Assembly: GCA_002633005.1 (NCBI GenBank)
Contig: NMRA01000049.1
Coordinates: 304,337-368,336 of the forward strand
DNA: 64,000 nt
Origin: Phoronis australis
Taxonomy: Eukaryota; Animalia; Phoronida
Reading direction: 5' to 3'
In this document: in pieces, positions 24,401-64,000 of the stretch
Numbering within the stretch: position 1 is the first letter of the stretch
How the letters are laid out: each line of letters begins with the position of its first letter
Made by a program: the position numbers and the translations under genes
The notes under the pieces: model-generated
Told to the model about the DNA's origin: nothing
What the model saw: the letters and a program-made list of their open reading frames with translations, nothing else
The model's database searches: none

Positions 24401-27192
24401 TATAAACGCTTGGATAAATGCCTGCACAAACAGTACACATATACGAATTTTACCAAATAACTTTTAATTCAGCAGGAATGTATGGCATTAACTGTAAACA
24501 CACTTCCAAAAATCCATAAAAATACAATAAAACAGAACTAGGGTTTGCAATATACCAATTTCCACTGAAACTAGCCAAGTAATCAACTGAAAACATGAAT
24601 TGCATCATATTTGGTAGGTTTCCCACTAGCTGAACACTAAGAAGACTACCATTACCGCTGGGTTAAAGCCACGGTCTGGCTAGACACCCACTGCAATTTT
24701 AACTAAATTGTCTTTTTGCACTTGTGTGAGATTGCGCATAACTTAGCAACAGCCATTAATCAATTCAATCAGGGGTGTAGTCGAGGGGGACATGGTCACT
24801 TCACTTATTCAAAGACCAGGAATGCTATCCTTATCAAAATGTCATGTCCTGGTAAGAGTTTCTTTCTTTGAGACTTGACAAAATAATAGGACACCTCTTA
24901 TCTTTCGAAACCTGTTCTTAAAAAGGTGGTTAAGTTACCAAGCCACTTTGTTAAAAATTGAAAAAACAGATCCCACTAAACATTTCATACTATTAGTGAG
25001 TCAAATACTAAACGAATTTACCTAGACACAATCGAGTACTTGCTATAAATTGACCGTTTTCGAACGTCAATGGCTGCAGCCATCCCGAGAATGAAGGTTA
25101 CGCGGAAACACGCAGGGCACGTGAAAGCCTACTCATTAGGAACACGGGCGAAATTTATGACATCTCGTCACGTGGTTCAAGGCGGGAATTCCATCACATG
25201 ACTTGAAGTCCACCAAATCATCATTTTGAGGATAGCCCCAGCCATTGATGGTTGACCACATTCAATTTATTGTAATAACCAGATTGAGTGTCGTGACGTA
25301 TGCCTGACGTACATTCTCCTTTAAACAGTAAGGCATAGATTTCAAAATGACTTGGGAAATTTTTTGCCTAATGCTTCATTTCTGTAGAAATAGCCAACCT
25401 TGCTAAAGAACACAGCAAGAGTAGTTACCACATTCTCCTCTTCTTCTTTAGGTTCCGTGTCCCCCATTATCTTTTCTACAACTACACCACTAAATTTAAC
25501 CCAATTGGATATGCAGCTGGAAACAAACAGTATGAATAAACCTAGTAAATTTGTCTTTATAAAAACAAGTACCAAGCTCATCACAATGTACAAAAAAAAC
25601 ATTGAAAATACTGCCATCGTTGTGAACATAACCAATTAAACAACAAGTTGGCGATGATTGTTATAGTACCTACAATTCGTAAAATATGGAAAAAATAAAA
25701 TTCCTCTGTTAAAAGTACATGCACTACTACTACTGCAACAAAACAACTGTAAAACACAGTACATTGAAGAGTGAAAGCGGCAAAATCCATCTGTCTCTCT
25801 TAACAACTAAAACTAGCAAAGGTTAGAAAATAATGTCTCCACGGTTCCTTTATGACTATGAAGTTGTTAACATTTGATGATTTATGTAAGTATCAAAGAA
25901 TAAACTTCATCAACAAAAGCATTTCAATTTTGCACTTGGCGCTTTGAAGTAGAGGCTCTTACATAGGAAAAGTCAATAATGTGTCAGGATTACACCACAA
26001 GAATACCTATTTATGCATAACTCAAAGTAATCTTCAACACTAGGTCATTAGTGTCATAGAAGAGATAAATTTCATTTCCTACCATTAATTGACAACACCC
26101 TGTAAGTGAATACTAAACACTAAGAGGGGACAATTTATGCACAACAGTCAATATGCATACAAGGCATATTTGCAAAAAAATAACATAAAATAAAATAAAA
26201 TATAAAATACAACTTAATGACCTTTGTTGTCAACGCATTAATAATATCACAAAATTAAAACTAGTTAATTAAAAACAAGCTCATACATCTTAATATGAAA
26301 ATAAGTGTTCCTTAGACAAGAAAATAATACTGCCTACAAAAGCTTTAGAAAGAAGCCGTAATCCTAACGTTTTTCAGTCTTCATTAAAGTCATGTACATG
26401 CAGGGACCTAGAAAGAATCCGTAACTGGTTAAGTTGAAAAAGCAAAATCCAAAATGATGATTTAGAAAAATGTAGAAGCATTTTTGAGATTTCATCTTGA
26501 ACATCTATATTATACAAAACGTGTTTGTGTTATTGATGCGGTTGCCTAGCTATAGATGTACTTTCCTTTTGCTATTTTTTCCAAAAAGACACAGTCACGG
26601 AGCCAGTAAATGGCAGATTGAAAACAATAAAATTCACATTCTACAGACCAGGTTTCTTACTTTTAGACAATATATACTTTTATTGAGCTAAATGCCATGG
26701 TTTCGCAGACATTTGGCAAAATACGGACTTGTTGATAAGGTCCTGCATAACCTTAATTACTGAATATTGCTGATATACACGCTGTGTACACTTAGTAAGC
26801 TACAAGCTATGACACTAGAAATAATCACGAAATACCCCTGCAGTAGCACTCAAAATAACATTAGCCATTTTAGTATCTAATGATAAATCAAATGACAAGA
26901 GGTCATACAAATGAACCTTGTCATAGCATATACATGACTCTACCTTATGGCAAGCGCACAGAAGTAGTTGCTACCTGAGCTATCATCCCCAAGTAAACTA
27001 TAGTTCAACTCATAGCTCGGTGTGGGTTTACCTGCACACAGAGAGCAAAATGCTAATTGGCCTGTTACTAACGTTCATAGCAAACACATTTCATTAAACA
27101 CTTGACTGTTTTGGCTACAGAATCCCTAGTGGAATTAATTTATTTTCAAACTCTCAGTAGAACAGCTCATAGTCAAGGGATTCAGCTAGTAT

Positions 27193-27408
27193 CAGGGCTT
27201 GGAATAATCAGTGACAAAAAGAGGAAAATTGTCCAAGTGATATATCGTTCCACAAATAGTCTTGTGTGATAGAAATATTTTTGTGTTGTAAGAATTTAAC
27301 TGAAATAATGATAAAAATAGACAAAAAAGAGGAAACTAGACATCAAATAAAAGGGAATCGAACTAAAAAAGAGGAAATCCTCTTAAAAGATGAAAATTCC
27401 AAAGCCAG
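27193..27408. mobile_element. MITE family B (CAGGGCTTG TIR, 6-bp TSD)
   Basis: cagggcttggaat ... attccaaagccag; TSD tagtat / tagtat. Confidence 0.68.
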
Positions 27409-28584
27409 TAGTATACAGCAATTCATCAAACCTCACCATAAATGCCTGCCACTAGCTCTACCCTTGAGCAATGGCTGTTCTACAGAAAGTTTGGAAATAA
27501 AAGAACTCAAGAGAGTACAAAAACAAAACAGTGACTGTTTAATGAAACCTCTCTATGAGCACTTAGAATCTACCTATAATATGAATTGTAGTAAACATCT
27601 TGTGACACATGATTAAAATGAGCCAATGAGAGACTTGTTGTTGTCACATGATGCACTAAGAAATTTTCATTGCCTAACAAAGGTAATTACCTAATAAGCA
27701 CTCAGCTCAACCGGTCAGCATGCTGTGAGGTTTTACGCTAATCAGGTAAATGAACTTCAACAAGAAAGGCATTGCCTTACTGCCTTGCAAGTCAAGACCG
27801 TCACAGTTCATTTCGCCACAGACATGTGTCATGAGCTAAGCTTGTTTTCATTTGATGCGGGTAGCTCTTCGTCTGCACTAGACCAAACAACAATAGCTCA
27901 ATGAATGACTCATGATAGACGCTTCAGTCATAAGCCTTCACAAATGCTACTTCTTGTGATGTACACTACGTTTAACGTGTTTCCTCCCTGTAAACTCATA
28001 CCCGCCTTGTTCCTCAGAATTAGAAATTGGGTCAAGTGAAAGACGCTTTCATGTTCTCGTACTGTGAGAGAGTTGCTAATAGAATGTTTCCTATTGGCTG
28101 AACACAGGACAGCGACTGAGAAGGTGTCCACCAAAATTGTAAACAGACCAAAAACACTGTCAGGTGATCAACCAATTTTAAGCTACACCTGCATAACCAT
28201 GACCTTTTTTGCCCTTGTGAAGTATGTAGGCTGAGTAATACAACTCCAGCCCAACAGTCACAAACAGTGATGACTCAAAGCTGACGATTTCAGTTGTTTT
28301 TGCCATAAAATTTGTTCTTAAATACCTTAAGCACCTTACACACCACTTCATACTCATGTCCCTACAATATTAACTATAGTCATCAAAATACAAATAAGCA
28401 CAAAAACAAGTGGTTGGAATGTATATAGCGCTTTAAACAAGACAGTGATTGATGCCCCAGCCCAATAATCCCAAGCTACAATACAGAGATCAATGAACTG
28501 GATGAAGACGTCATTCTGATTTCCTGTTTATCATTAGTCACTAAGCTCCCATTGTGTGAGGGGGGCTTCAGGCTCTGTGTGCTT

Positions 28585-63872
<35,288 letters not shown>

Positions 63873-64000
63873 CTACAACCAAGGAATGCAAAATGAGAGG
63901 CTTATGCATAGATATTTGTATTGAAAAATCTTATGTTTTTAGAGTTCCTTTACTAAAAATACTAAAAAGCAACAATTAAAGACTGATGCGTAGCAAGTGC

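Overview
AT-rich, intron- and transposon-rich animal (probably marine invertebrate) genomic DNA with three small N gaps; nothing prokaryotic. Two spliced genes converge tail-to-tail. (1) + strand: the last three coding exons (TM2 to C-terminus) of a class A neuropeptide GPCR of the neuromedin U / pyrokinin-PRXamide receptor family, join(11268..11798,17482..17607,18282..18868). The exon for the N-terminus/TM1 was not found in the window. (2) - strand: the 3' 15 coding exons of a single-domain R3-type receptor tyrosine phosphatase (Ptp10D/PTPRB/PTPRJ-like), from 63872 to a stop at 28585. All junctions are GT-AG and phase-consistent, and the catalytic [10 protein letters not shown] motif is intact. 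The rest is mostly mobile DNA: a Penelope-like retroelement end with an inverted 5' segment and a minimal U3-A8 hammerhead ribozyme, a CR1/L2-like LINE 3' end, a THAP-bearing Kolobok-like element, Helentron-type (HINE) elements whose internal tandem subunits each carry a CTCF-like motif, MITE families with 5-bp, 6-bp and 3-bp TSDs, tRNA-derived SINE heads and minisatellites. All calls were made by eye; family names come from motif recognition, not from database searches.
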